64,000 bases of DNA from Candidatus Poribacteria bacterium (lineage in GTDB: Bacteria > Poribacteria > WGA-4E > WGA-3G): positions 1,760,001 to 1,824,000 of the forward strand of contig CAXXLX010000001.1 in the NCBI GenBank assembly GCA_963665235.2, given 5' to 3'. A program made the position numbers and the translations under genes. The notes beneath the pieces are model-generated. The model did not search any database. It saw only the letters and a list, made by a program, of their open reading frames with translations, and was not told the origin of the DNA. Positions 10,396 to 20,871 of the stretch are shown in pieces. Position 1 is the stretch's first letter, and each line of letters opens with the position of its first letter.

Positions 10396-11673
10396 TTACA
10401 TGAGAAAAATGAGAACGCCAAATATCGGGATTAAGGCAATCAATACCTTTACCTCAAGTAAGCACTTCCTATATCTTTGAACGGGGGAATTTTCTCCTGT
10501 CGATTTTTCCAAAAATCTGATTCGCCGTTCAAGGGATGGATGCGTATTGAAAATCTCAAGAACAAAACGCGCTAACTTCGGAAGTGAACTGAAAAATCCA
10601 AGGTTTGCTAAGGCGGATTTAAAAACCTCCGGAGCGTTGGTCAGATCTGCAGCGTACAAATCCGCTTGATGTTCAAAACGCCGAGACAGGTAATTAAAGA
10701 AAACGACAAAATAGAACACAAAAAAGAGAATTGAAACAGTGGATAAAAGAATTGGCGCGTCCCATAGGAGTACTTCCAGCGGTTGGACGATTAACTGGTA
10801 AAAGAGCAGATAACTCACTAAATAACCGAACGCGAGAAAAAAGGAGATCAGAAGATGTCTATGGCGGATGTGTCCGATTTCATGGGCGACAATTGTCTCA
10901 ATCTGTTCATCTGTAAAATTACGTAAGAGCGCATCTGTTATAAAGATTTTACGGTTCCGGGGGAGTATTCCCGCTACGGCTGCGTTTGACATAGAAAATT
11001 CGCCAGTTTGCCATACCGCAATATCTCGATATTTCATTCCGCTCCGTTCTGTCAACTGCGCTAATTTTTGCTTCAGTACTGTATTTGTTAGCGGAACCGT
11101 TTTCCACAGAAATTGCATCAGTAGAGGGGAGAGGATGTGCGGAAGCGCGAACAGCGGTACAAGCATCCCGAGCAGAAAAAGACCTCGTACGCTTTCTGGA
11201 AGCAGGTGCGTAAAGTCTTGCACCACATTCAACATAATGAGCGGTATCAGGGGGATGAATAAAAACCTGAAATGGAAGTTGTGAGATTCCCATCGCCGCG
11301 CCCGCCTGGTTCGCCTTCCCTCATGCATAGCGATTCGGATACCAAGTAAACCGATGAAGAGCGGGAGTAGCGATAGAAGATCGCGTGAATGATGCACCAT
11401 CTCCAAAAAGGCTAAATGTTTATTGATGAATATAGGCAGGTTCAACTTGTACAGGGTATACACGTAACATGCTACACTCAAGATTTCAAAAGGAAGTGTA
11501 GCACGTAAGGAGGTTAATCGCCTTGTCAGATAGGCGAGAAACATAGGTGCTGCGGTAAGTATGCATGTCCCGAAGATGATATACGCGCTATTGAATTCAA
11601 CCTCTGTTTGAGGGGGTTCATAGCGAATTAGGAATACGAGTCCTGCGATTAGAACGATGCTGGCGCGTCCCAT
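10396..11673 (-). CDS. M48 family (Ste24/HtpX-like) membrane metalloprotease
   Basis: HEIGH, EHQAD and THPSLERRI motifs; multiple TM segments. Confidence 0.9.
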   Translation of the reverse strand: MGRASIVLIAGLVFLIRYEPPQTEVEFNSAYIIFGTCILTAAPMFLAYLTRRLTSLRATLPFEILSVACYVYTLYKLNLPIFINKHLAFLEMVHHSRDLLSLLPLFIGLLGIRIAMHEGRRTRRARRWESHNFHFRFLFIPLIPLIMLNVVQDFTHLLPESVRGLFLLGMLVPLFALPHILSPLLMQFLWKTVPLTNTVLKQKLAQLTERSGMKYRDIAVWQTGEFSMSNAAVAGILPRNRKIFITDALLRNFTDEQIETIVAHEIGHIRHRHLLISFFLAFGYLVSYLLFYQLIVQPLEVLLWDAPILLSTVSILFFVFYFVVFFNYLSRRFEHQADLYAADLTNAPEVFKSALANLGFFSSLPKLARFVLEIFNTHPSLERRIRFLEKSTGENSPVQRYRKCLLEVKVLIALIPIFGVLIFLM

Positions 11674-11996
11674 GAGTTGTCTTCAATCCTTTCTCGAACA
11701 TGGCCACAAAAAAAACGTGAGGTGCTCTCTTTCGTAATTACCTGATATTCTACAGAAAATAACAAAAGAAGTCAAGCGATTTTTGTGAAGAGCTCAGGGG
11801 TCATTTAGTTTTACAGATTCACATATACACATATATATGTATATCTTCTTCTGTAGGAGCGTGCTTCGCAAGCGATAGCTTTCTAGATAGGCGGATATTT
11901 CTTAAACTCCGCGTCTTCCGCGTTCTCCGCGATAATCCGCGATTCAGACAAAAAAACGCTAAAACTATAATCCCAAAACTTTGATTGTTACACATC

Positions 11997-12118
11997 TTAT
12001 ACCATTTTTATTAATTATTCTATCATTACCGGTTGTTAGAAATGAAACGGAGAACGGAAGACCCAAACTAAAAGTTTATGCTACAATAAAGAGCACAAAC
12101 TGGAAGTTTATGCTACAA
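11997..12118. repeat. Dispersed ~90-bp repeat ending in the CAAACTxxAAGTTTATGCTACAA motif
   Basis: Near-identical copy at about 32436-32525; the motif also occurs inverted at about 23945-23970. Confidence 0.8.
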
Positions 12119-12405
12119 TCCGGGGACCATGCAGGTCTATAGCTTGTCCCCCAATTCGGTGTGAGATTTCGTGATTCTCCGTTCTTAACAGTAGTAAGCC
12201 AAATTTCACTACCTTCAAACCCAATGTTCAAACCTGATGGTAGGAAACGTTCAGATATCCGCCTTGCTTGATGTCTACGATAATTCTGAACGACAACAGC
12301 AAGCTGATTGCCATCGGGTGAAGCAGCAATTGAATGAGAACGAGAGACAAGTTCTAGGCAAAGAATATCATTAATACTCTCCCGCATATCGGTATACTTC
12401 ATCAT
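12076..12405 (-). pseudogene. Truncated TolB/PD40-type N-terminal fragment (S9 peptidase-like)
   Basis: SPDGNQLA...RNLTPNWGTSYRPAWSPD, then it runs into the repeat at 12095-12118; good RBS AGGAGG. Confidence 0.6.
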
Positions 12406-12417
12406 TTCCTCCTTTAT

Positions 12418-12890
12418 CAAGTCTTCCGCTACAAAACCGCCGTGCTTTAGCTGGGGGATGTAGTAGGAACATAAGCTTATGTTTTTAATTTGACTTTTGC
12501 ATTAAAATGTGGTATAATATATATATCATCAGTGGTTCGGATTACCACCTTCAACGCCACCAATGTTGAAGTTCCGAACCTCAACCTATGGTAGGGTTGT
12601 GTGCTGATGTTCTGGCGATACCCAGTCAATATCCACATTTTTGTGCAATGCTTTCGGTATCCAAAAGACGGGTCATGCTGCATTGGATACCAAAGCACTG
12701 ATTCACAAGCATAAAGAAGGTGCGAAGCACGAGGGCAGGGCATTGTCCTTTGAGTTAGGGGCAGTAAGACTTGGAACAGCCCAAGCATCTCCGTTGACGT
12801 TCACACGTCTGAAAACCACAATCCAATAGCTAACGCGTAGCGGAACTTTTTAAAAGAATCTCCCTTGCTTTAGCTGGGAGAGTATGTCAA
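12418..12890 (+). mobile_element. Non-autonomous IS200/IS605-derived element (no intact tnpA/tnpB)
   Basis: Left-end hairpin CCGCCGTGCTTTAGCTGGGGG after a TTTAT motif (12413-12417). Right-end hairpin TCTCCCTTGCTTTAGCTGGGAGA followed by GTATGTCAA (ends TCAA at 12890). Confidence 0.72.
12490..12518 (+). promoter_or_regulatory. Sigma70-type promoter inside the IS605-like element
   Basis: TTGACT-N17-TATAAT with an extended -10 TG. Confidence 0.7.
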
Positions 12891-12913
12891 TCCTACAAAT
12901 GGGTCTTCAAAAG

Positions 12914-14938
12914 TCATATATTTGCGATTCTCTGCCAATCCCACAAGAGAATTGTGCCATCGTATTCACTGCTGCTTGCAAGGAGTGTGCCATCAGGAGA
13001 GAATCTCAATTCCTCAACCCACCCTATATGGGCGGTCAATGTGGATAAAAGGGTGCCGGTAGAGACGTTCCACATTTCAATTTTTTCGAATCCACCACCT
13101 ACAAGGATATGTCCATCCGGCGAAAATGTTAACCCTGCTATCAAATTGAATTTAACGCCTTGTAGTCGGTTTAGGTGCACGTAGGTGTCGCCTGTATCGT
13201 CGAGTCGGAAGATGTTAGCACCATTTGCGAAGGTTTTCCCATCCGATGAAAATGCTAATGCCAGTCTACGTTTTTCTTCTCCTTCAAAAGTAGCGAGCTC
13301 GGTGTTCGTGGATACATCCCACAGGCGAACGGTCCCGTCGGCATTCGCGCTTGCCAATGTTCTGCTATCCGGTGCGAATACTAATCTATAAAACGCCTTC
13401 GTGTGTCCGTGAAGTGGTGGCAACGCGCGACGATTTGTTACATCCCATAGGCATATACTCCCGTCACTATATCCTCTCGCTAAGAGTCTGTTATCTGGGG
13501 AAAGAACTATGTTCCATGCAGATACTTCGCTCGGTTCGCCGTTTTCATTTCTCGCTTTAAGTACAGACAAAAACTGTTTTGTTGTGCCATCCCACAAGCG
13601 TATAGTTTGGTCTATACTTTCAGTAGCGATGAGAATTCCATCAGGTGATATGGCGGAGTAGATGTTTGCATTAAATTCCTCATCGGTTATTTCGGTAGAC
13701 CGTTGTTTACCGGTATCGGTATCCCACACAGAAACGGTTGTGGCTCCAAGGTTCAAACTGATGCTTGTCAGGGTTGTGTCAGTTCGTGAAAAAGCGAACG
13801 TTTGTACGCTGCCTACATGTTGCGTAAGGGTTAATTTTTCGAGGCGGGTCTTTATATCCCAAACACGAACTGTTCCATCGGCACTTGCACTTGCCACGGT
13901 TTTCCCATCAGGCGAAAATGCGATACCCCGGAATCTAAAATGTTCGGCATGTCCCCAGAAGACATCGGTGTGTCTTGCGACAATAGCATCCCAGGCACGC
14001 AGGACTCTTGAAAATGGACTATCCGTTCGGACGTTCCATAGCTGCATTACACCGTATCCGTCCCCGCTTGCTATACGAGTGCCATCAGGTGAGAATACTA
14101 AGGGATAGAGGCGGGTTGAAGTTTTTAACTTTGAAAAGAGCTTTCCGGTTTCTATGTCCCAGAGCTGAATTTGTTCGGAATTTGTCGTTGCGATGGTTTT
14201 GCCATCAGGTGAAAATGCTACCGCAGAAATAGGTTTCGTCGAAGCGGGGCGCAAGGTAGTCACTTGATGCCCTGTATTGATATCCCATAATTCAACTGCA
14301 TACGCACTTTCATGGTTAGATTCACCGACACTCGCGAGAAACCGTCCATCTGCTGAGAGGGTTAGCATCAATCCTGGAGACCCCTGATTATGCGTCAGAT
14401 CTACAACGTTTTCCTGATGTGTGTTATCTGTGGGGTTCCATATTGAAATTTCTTCACACCATTCGGATGTCCCGCCTGCAATAACGAGTTCTGCCCCATC
14501 TGCTGTGAAGGCTAACGTTTTAATTTCTTTCCATTTGCCTACGAAAGCTGATAAAGAGGTGCCTGTTTCCATATCCCACAATCGTACCGCACTTTCAGTC
14601 CCCTGGTATTCAGTTTCGCCAGTTGCAAGCGTTGTGCCATCGGGTGAAAATGCTAACACATTGACTTTTTTGGGGTGCGGAATCAGTGCGATTTCTTTAC
14701 CTGTCTGTGCGTCATAGTGCCAGATTCCGATAGAAGTTGCAACGATTAATTGTGTGCCATCGGGGGAGAATTTTATATCGTGGAGCTCGCCTTTACCTAA
14801 ACGTGCAGTGGCACCTTCGGGAAGATGCCACTGTCTGTAGTTCGGTATGACCGATGCTGAGAGGGTTTCGTCTTTTTTAGCGTTTATTGGCATTTTTGAC
14901 TCGTTTAGAGATGTGGAGGCTTTGCTAGAGACATTCAA
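12914..14938 (-). CDS. WD40-repeat protein
   Basis: Many FSPDG...LAS...VRLWD repeats; N-terminal QWHLPEGATARLGKG motif. Confidence 0.92.
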   Translation of the reverse strand: MNVSSKASTSLNESKMPINAKKDETLSASVIPNYRQWHLPEGATARLGKGELHDIKFSPDGTQLIVATSIGIWHYDAQTGKEIALIPHPKKVNVLAFSPDGTTLATGETEYQGTESAVRLWDMETGTSLSAFVGKWKEIKTLAFTADGAELVIAGGTSEWCEEISIWNPTDNTHQENVVDLTHNQGSPGLMLTLSADGRFLASVGESNHESAYAVELWDINTGHQVTTLRPASTKPISAVAFSPDGKTIATTNSEQIQLWDIETGKLFSKLKTSTRLYPLVFSPDGTRIASGDGYGVMQLWNVRTDSPFSRVLRAWDAIVARHTDVFWGHAEHFRFRGIAFSPDGKTVASASADGTVRVWDIKTRLEKLTLTQHVGSVQTFAFSRTDTTLTSISLNLGATTVSVWDTDTGKQRSTEITDEEFNANIYSAISPDGILIATESIDQTIRLWDGTTKQFLSVLKARNENGEPSEVSAWNIVLSPDNRLLARGYSDGSICLWDVTNRRALPPLHGHTKAFYRLVFAPDSRTLASANADGTVRLWDVSTNTELATFEGEEKRRLALAFSSDGKTFANGANIFRLDDTGDTYVHLNRLQGVKFNLIAGLTFSPDGHILVGGGFEKIEMWNVSTGTLLSTLTAHIGWVEELRFSPDGTLLASSSEYDGTILLWDWQRIANI

Positions 14939-15493
14939 TTACTCGGCAGCCTCCTCTATAGCCATGTTAATGATAACGCCTTTTACGCTAATCGGTTGGT
15001 CGGAGATGTGAATAATTTGTCCGCCCGAAATATAGTGCTGATGGTAAACGCCTTTCGTATCCCACCAATATAGGTAGGGGATGGATGTGCCATACGTGCC
15101 ATCATCTTGGACGACTTCGCTTGTGACCATTCCTTCCTGTCCAGCGGAGAATCCGGGCCGTCTCCGTTCCCCGCTCGCGCCAACGACGACAGATGTTGGC
15201 GATAACCGCTTTCCGCTGCTTGTCACTTTTCCTCGGACTGTGGAATAGACGAGGGTTTGACCACTGTAGGCAGAGATTACGTAAAGATGTTTGATGCTTC
15301 CGATTTTGTTATCCATTAGCAACCGGTCACGGATATTTTGTTGCTCGACAGTGATGCCTTCGGCGTTTACGGGAACTTGAACCTGCGTAGGTTTTACCCC
15401 GGAACTGGAAACGGGTTGACGTGGTTCAGAACATCCGCTGAAAACACATAAGAGACCGGTCAGAACTGCAATTAAATAGACGGTATATCTCAT
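14939..15493 (-). CDS. Hypothetical lipoprotein
   Basis: Start MRYTVY at 15493 with AGGAG RBS; lipobox FSGC. Confidence 0.7.
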   Translation of the reverse strand: MRYTVYLIAVLTGLLCVFSGCSEPRQPVSSSGVKPTQVQVPVNAEGITVEQQNIRDRLLMDNKIGSIKHLYVISAYSGQTLVYSTVRGKVTSSGKRLSPTSVVVGASGERRRPGFSAGQEGMVTSEVVQDDGTYGTSIPYLYWWDTKGVYHQHYISGGQIIHISDQPISVKGVIINMAIEEAAE

Positions 15494-15501
15494 AATTTCT
15501 C

Positions 15502-15954
15502 CTATTTTTCCTGATAGGGTTTGAATTCCCGTGGCAGGGGGGTTTCTGCCCCTTCTGGCAATTGTCCTACATTTGTAAATCGCCAATTGAATTTCGCCAT
15601 CTGTGCGTTATAATCCGCTGCGAGCGTGTTGTAGCTTGCCTTAATACCAGCGACCTCGGATTGCCAGAGATTGTATTGTTCCCTATCTTCCCGTGGCCAT
15701 TCTTTGCGAGACAGGTCTTCATAGTCTTTATCCATTGTGGTAATACGGGTTTGATAGACCTTAATATCTGCCCGTTTTTTATCAAGTTGACTTGAGGCAT
15801 CTTTGAACCACTCATACTTTCGTAGAAGTTCTTTGGGTCCAAGTTCTTCCTGGGCGACCTCTTTCGCTTCACGAAACCAATCGCATCCGCCGCATCCGCT
15901 TAGGAGAATGAGGGCAAGAATGGCGATGTAATTTAATTTCACAGATGTTCTCAT
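15502..15954 (-). CDS. Hypothetical helical lipoprotein
   Basis: Lipobox LSGC followed by a coiled-coil-like region. Confidence 0.7.
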   Translation of the reverse strand: MRTSVKLNYIAILALILLSGCGGCDWFREAKEVAQEELGPKELLRKYEWFKDASSQLDKKRADIKVYQTRITTMDKDYEDLSRKEWPREDREQYNLWQSEVAGIKASYNTLAADYNAQMAKFNWRFTNVGQLPEGAETPLPREFKPYQEK

Positions 15955-15987
15955 ATCTTTTTACTCCAATCGGTTGTATATGTAAAT

Positions 15988-16152
15988 AGGACTTACGCAC
16001 CTGAAGACTATAGGCATAATCGGAGACCTTCTCCATATACCGCATAACACAAATCGCATAAGTTGGGGTTTGTATGCGTAAGTCTCGTGTTATTTGGTTA
16101 TTAGAGTCTACTCAGCTGTAAAAAGATAGTAAAAAATTCATGCTATAAACAT
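15988..16152. repeat. MITE-like element AGGACTTACGCA...TGCGTAAGTC plus shared flank
   Basis: Homologous to about 24096-24280; a third element with the same inverted ends lies at 42010-42123. Confidence 0.75.
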
Positions 16153-16293
16153 ATAGCGATTGGCAATTAGCAATTGGCAATTGGCAATTGGCAATTGGCA
16201 AGAGGGTTTGAAGGGAAACAGGTCTCTGAAGCGCGTCAGAGTCCTCTTTCCCTTGCCAATAACCATAAGCCAACAGCCATAAAAGGGTTGAGA

Positions 16294-17673
16294 TTATTCT
16301 GCGATGCAGTAGAGATATTGACTGCCGCGCAGGTATAATTCAGAACCGACAATGGCAGGCGATGCATTGAAACTATCGTCGAGTGTGTTTACCGCAAGGA
16401 CTTCAAACTCAGGGCCGTGCTGAACAACAGCTACAGCACCGTTCCGACTTGCTATATAAACGCGGTCAGCAGCCCCGACGATTGAAGCATAGATGCCGTT
16501 TATACCGTTTACCCTTTTAGGCCCGTAATATGGCGTGCCTGTGGCTGTGTTAACAGCTGTGAGGACGTTGTTGCCCTTGAGGAAGTATAGAATACCCTCA
16601 TGTAGGAGTGGTGAAGGCACATAGGGTGTGTCGCGGAGGTATTCCCAAGCAATCGCTTCTTCGGAGCCGGTAATATCGCCTTCGGCATTTGCAAGGTTGA
16701 TAGCTTGCAATGCTGCACTTCTGAACCCGCTAATGAGGTATACAAATCCATCGTCGGCTACAGGTGTAGGGATAACATTTCCGGTCATACCGCCACATTC
16801 CCATAACATGTCGCCGTTTTCCAAATCATAGCTGCGTGAGCGATTTGTAGCAGCCACGATAACCTGTGCTTTGCCATCGCGTTCGACAATAATAGGGGAT
16901 GTCCATGTGGTACGTTCATCGCGGTCAATTTTCCAGAGTTCATCGCCGGTGCGTTTATCCAAGGCGGTGATGTAGGAGGGCCCCTCATGGTCTTGGAGGA
17001 TGACGATTGTGTTCCCGTGGATGATGGGGCAGCTGCCTTCGCCGAAGGTATTCCGTTTGCGCATTTGGCCGATATCCTTGTCCCACTTGATATTGCCCTT
17101 CATATCCAAGCAGTAAAGTCCGCGAGACCCGAAATATGCGTAGATGTGTTCACCATCAGTGACTGGGGAATTTGAAGCGAAGCTTGCTGTACTGTGTATT
17201 CCTTCATGCGGTGCAACTTCACGGAGCGTTTTTTGCCATATAATGTCTCCGTTAGTACGGTTATACGCAATCAGCTCAAATTTATAGGTAGGAAGCGGAC
17301 CGCCGCCTCTTCTGCGTCTTCTTCTGCGTCCAGAGTCTTCGGCGGGTGCTGCCTCTTCTGTGTTCTCAGGCATTTGCCCTTTAATAGCGGTTTGGACGAA
17401 GATTTTATCTTCCCAAATAATGGGTGTGGCATGTCCGGTTCCGGGGATGGGCACTTTCCAACGGACGTTTTCGGTTTCGCTCCAGGTAGTGGGCGGGTTC
17501 GCATTAGCGGCTGCCCCTGTCATATCGGGCCCGCGCCAATGGTGCCAATTTTGTTCTAAATTAGGGGTTTGTTTTGTCTTAGTGGCGTGCTGATCGGCGG
17601 TGGTTTGTGAGTTATAGAGTGCGACCATCGCCAAAGCACAGATACATAGTGCCACGAGTGCAATTCTTTTCAT
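16294..17673 (-). CDS. Secreted PQQ-binding-like beta-propeller protein
   Basis: Signal peptide; WHHWRGP, W-x-P-x-P-G and repeated SP/TP...W propeller motifs. Confidence 0.85.
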   Translation of the reverse strand: MKRIALVALCICALAMVALYNSQTTADQHATKTKQTPNLEQNWHHWRGPDMTGAAANANPPTTWSETENVRWKVPIPGTGHATPIIWEDKIFVQTAIKGQMPENTEEAAPAEDSGRRRRRRRGGGPLPTYKFELIAYNRTNGDIIWQKTLREVAPHEGIHSTASFASNSPVTDGEHIYAYFGSRGLYCLDMKGNIKWDKDIGQMRKRNTFGEGSCPIIHGNTIVILQDHEGPSYITALDKRTGDELWKIDRDERTTWTSPIIVERDGKAQVIVAATNRSRSYDLENGDMLWECGGMTGNVIPTPVADDGFVYLISGFRSAALQAINLANAEGDITGSEEAIAWEYLRDTPYVPSPLLHEGILYFLKGNNVLTAVNTATGTPYYGPKRVNGINGIYASIVGAADRVYIASRNGAVAVVQHGPEFEVLAVNTLDDSFNASPAIVGSELYLRGSQYLYCIAE

Positions 17674-17827
17674 CTTTTTGTCTCCTTTTAATTAGCGATT
17701 AGCGATTAGCGTGTTAGCAGTCAGCAGTTAGCGAATAGCAAGAGGTTGTGATTATAAACAGACATCTGAAGTGCATCAGACATTTCTTGCTAATAGCCAA
17801 TAGCCAATAGCCAATAGCCAATTAGGT

Positions 17828-20800
17828 TTATATCAAGATATCCTCAATTGTGAGGGGTTGTGCAAGTTCACTGTTTGCGGCTTCAAGTTTTTCGCGACTA
17901 GAAACGACACAAACAGCTGCGTTATCCATGTTTTCTTCAAAAAGTTGGAGCAGCGCACGTTGGACTTCAGCGGGTGTTGCACTACGGAGTTGATTATAGC
18001 GTTCTTCTTGTATTTCGCGCGTCTGTCCGCTGATGTGGTACCATTGTGCGTTGCTTACTGCTTGGGCTGGCCGGATCGGTTTTTCTGCACCTTTCGCCGT
18101 TGCAATGATAGCGCGGTCGATGTCCGTTTGCGTCCACTCTACCTGCTTGATGTACTCTACCGTCTGCTCAAAGACATTAATCGTGCGTGCCACGTGCGGG
18201 TCTCTGAACGAGGATTGATAAAGTGCTGCGTCGAAAGGACTATAGGTCAATCCTGCCCCGTAAGCGTTCCCTTTAAAACGGATCTCACTCAATATGTAAT
18301 CCATCCGAACGAGATGCGCGCCGATAGTGAGCAGCGTAGAATCGGGATGTGAATAGTGTGGTGCCGGCATTACGTGTGCACAGTGGGCAATCTGAATCGG
18401 TCCCGCCAATCCTTCTCGTGGTGGCGTGTCGTACGGTTGAAATGCAATCGGGTCTGGACTGGTTGCTTCATCTTGCATAGCATTCAACCATTCACCAAGT
18501 TTTGTGTGTGTTGTCTGGTAAGCAGCATCGGAACCGACAAACCCGGCGGTCACCCGTCTACGATTCAGTAAGAAATCTCGAATCTCTTCTATATGACCCA
18601 TAAGGTCAGCATTAAGTTCGTCAAAATTATTGAGCAACGTTTCACTGCTGCGTAGCTGCGGGAGTCCGTTAACAATTTCTGATAGATGTGCGCGGGGTGA
18701 TAGCCCGCGGGAAGCGTGATGAATTGCGGTACTTGAGCCGTTCTGAACCATTCCGGTGCGGTATTCAGCAACGGCTTGCACTAACACATCGTGGAGCCGT
18801 TCTGTATCGCGTGGGTTCACAGCAAAAACGAGGTCATGCAGCACATCAAGCGCGATGTCCATTTTACCATCAAGCGCTTTGAGATGAAAGTATGCGTTTT
18901 GTAGTGAATGACTGGCATCAAGTGCGTGTGTGCGAAAGCCGACCCCGCATCGGATTCCGCCGGTAACCGATGATTTTCGCAGTGCTATCTCTGCAAAATC
19001 CATTTCCGCTGCGCCGAGTTGATGAATCGCTTCGATATATCTCGGTAAGTATGTCCAGAGGTGTTGCGGTAATTCCCGCAGATCGAAATCTATGACAAAA
19101 TAATTCACCCCGTTTGCGAAGACATCACTGTGGAGAAGGTCTTGTCCACAAACTTTCTCTATAGTGGTGGGGATATGTTTCGGTTTATCGGGAAGATCGC
19201 TCACTTGGAGTTGTGGCAGTTTTGCGAGTGCCTCCGGTGGGTTCGGTTGCCCGTTCATCCGTTCCAATTCTGCAGCATCAGCGGCAATCTGTCTCATCTG
19301 TTCATCAGAGAGTTGTGCGCGGATAGCCTTGGTGCGTTGTGCTAATTCAGCGTCCATTCTCGCCTGCATGTTCGGGTCAGGAGAAAGCACATTCGTCAAA
19401 CGGTGTGGATTGTCAACAAGTCGTTCGCGGATCATTTCGTTGAAGATTGCAGGATTTTCCTCCCAACGTTTACGGATAGCAGCAAGGTTCTCTCCCATTT
19501 TCAGAAAGGTTCCTGAATCGTTATTGTATATCCATGTTCCAATCACACGGAAAAGCATGCGGAGCGGGAACATCGGTGCTACTTCTTGGTAGTGGTAGGT
19601 TGACTGTTGGAAAGCTGCTTCTACCAATGCGCTATCTAATTCGTTTTCGGCAAGTTCGGTGAGCGTGTCATTGACCAATTTAGTGAAAGCGTCAACGCGC
19701 TCTGCTTCGCTCCCTTTAAGTCCAACATAAAAAGTGCTATTTGGACCGATAGAGCTTGCGCCAGAATAAATCAGATCTGCTCCCAATTTTGAGTCGATAA
19801 TTGCTTTTTTGAGCGGTGCGGCTTCATTACCCAGAAGAATTAGACTGAGAATATTACACATCGCTGCATCTTCCGGCTCAGTTGCATCACCGATAAACCA
19901 ACTGAGCAATAGATACGTTTTTTCATCAAGGGATTCGTCTGGTGCAACGGGGTAGGTATCGCTCACAATCTGCGGAGATGTCCACCTCAGTTGTTGTGTA
20001 GCTTCCGCATTAAGCGGTTGCATTGAGGCGACGGTTTCATTTTTAGGTATCTTATCCAGTTTGTCAGCGAGAAATGCGAGATAATCACTTGTCGGAATAT
20101 CACCATACAGGAAAAAGTATCCATTGCTGGGATGGTAATATGTTTCGTGAAATCCTTTGAGCTGCTGATATGTCAAGTCTGGAATAGCGTCTGGGTCTCC
20201 TCCAGATTCACAGGCGTAAAGTGTATCAGGGAGGAGTTGGCACGTCCTTAATCGGGATAACCGGGCCTCAGGGTCTGAGAATGCTCCCTTCATTTCATTG
20301 TAGACGATGCCGGTAATCTTCAGAGCACCTGTCGGGTCTTCCGGATCGGCAGGTGCAAGATGGTGACCTTCACGTTTGAAAGTTTCCTCTGTCAGCAATG
20401 GATGGAACACGGCATCAAAGTAGACTTCTGCAAGGTTGAACAGGTCTTTTTTGACGTTGCTTGCTACCGGATAATAGGTCTGGTCAGAGCCTGTCATGGC
20501 GTTGATAAATGTGGCCATGCTCATCTTTATCATTTCAAAAAAGGGCTCTTTGACAGGGAATTTTTGTGAGCCTGCTAGCACCGCGTGTTCAAGGATATGT
20601 GGGACACCGGTATCGTCTGACGGGGGTGTTGGAAAATTAATTGAGAAAAGATTTTCCGTATCAGCTGTATAGAGATGGAGCAGGCGTGCACCACTCCGCT
20701 GATGGGTCAATTCAATCGTCACCGCCCGTAATTCGTCGAGCGGTGTGATAGCTTTTACCTCAAACCCGTGGAGTTGTTGGCCAGGGGATAAGTTAACGGG

Positions 20801-20845
20801 CGGGTGCATTGCCCCGCCATTACCAGCTGCGATTTTTGAATCCAT
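17828..20845 (-). CDS. M16C (PreP/insulinase-family) metallopeptidase
   Basis: HILEH inverted zinc motif, FINAMT, GIVYNEMKG, RFKGNAYG. Confidence 0.92.
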   Translation of the reverse strand: MDSKIAAGNGGAMHPPVNLSPGQQLHGFEVKAITPLDELRAVTIELTHQRSGARLLHLYTADTENLFSINFPTPPSDDTGVPHILEHAVLAGSQKFPVKEPFFEMIKMSMATFINAMTGSDQTYYPVASNVKKDLFNLAEVYFDAVFHPLLTEETFKREGHHLAPADPEDPTGALKITGIVYNEMKGAFSDPEARLSRLRTCQLLPDTLYACESGGDPDAIPDLTYQQLKGFHETYYHPSNGYFFLYGDIPTSDYLAFLADKLDKIPKNETVASMQPLNAEATQQLRWTSPQIVSDTYPVAPDESLDEKTYLLLSWFIGDATEPEDAAMCNILSLILLGNEAAPLKKAIIDSKLGADLIYSGASSIGPNSTFYVGLKGSEAERVDAFTKLVNDTLTELAENELDSALVEAAFQQSTYHYQEVAPMFPLRMLFRVIGTWIYNNDSGTFLKMGENLAAIRKRWEENPAIFNEMIRERLVDNPHRLTNVLSPDPNMQARMDAELAQRTKAIRAQLSDEQMRQIAADAAELERMNGQPNPPEALAKLPQLQVSDLPDKPKHIPTTIEKVCGQDLLHSDVFANGVNYFVIDFDLRELPQHLWTYLPRYIEAIHQLGAAEMDFAEIALRKSSVTGGIRCGVGFRTHALDASHSLQNAYFHLKALDGKMDIALDVLHDLVFAVNPRDTERLHDVLVQAVAEYRTGMVQNGSSTAIHHASRGLSPRAHLSEIVNGLPQLRSSETLLNNFDELNADLMGHIEEIRDFLLNRRRVTAGFVGSDAAYQTTHTKLGEWLNAMQDEATSPDPIAFQPYDTPPREGLAGPIQIAHCAHVMPAPHYSHPDSTLLTIGAHLVRMDYILSEIRFKGNAYGAGLTYSPFDAALYQSSFRDPHVARTINVFEQTVEYIKQVEWTQTDIDRAIIATAKGAEKPIRPAQAVSNAQWYHISGQTREIQEERYNQLRSATPAEVQRALLQLFEENMDNAAVCVVSSREKLEAANSELAQPLTIEDILI

Positions 20846-20871
20846 TTTTACCTCCAGTTTTTGTTCGTTGT

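Noticed and set aside
12477-12829. Short ORFs inside the IS605-like element
   Set aside because: No RuvC, zinc-finger or HUH motifs; the region is better explained by RNA structure.
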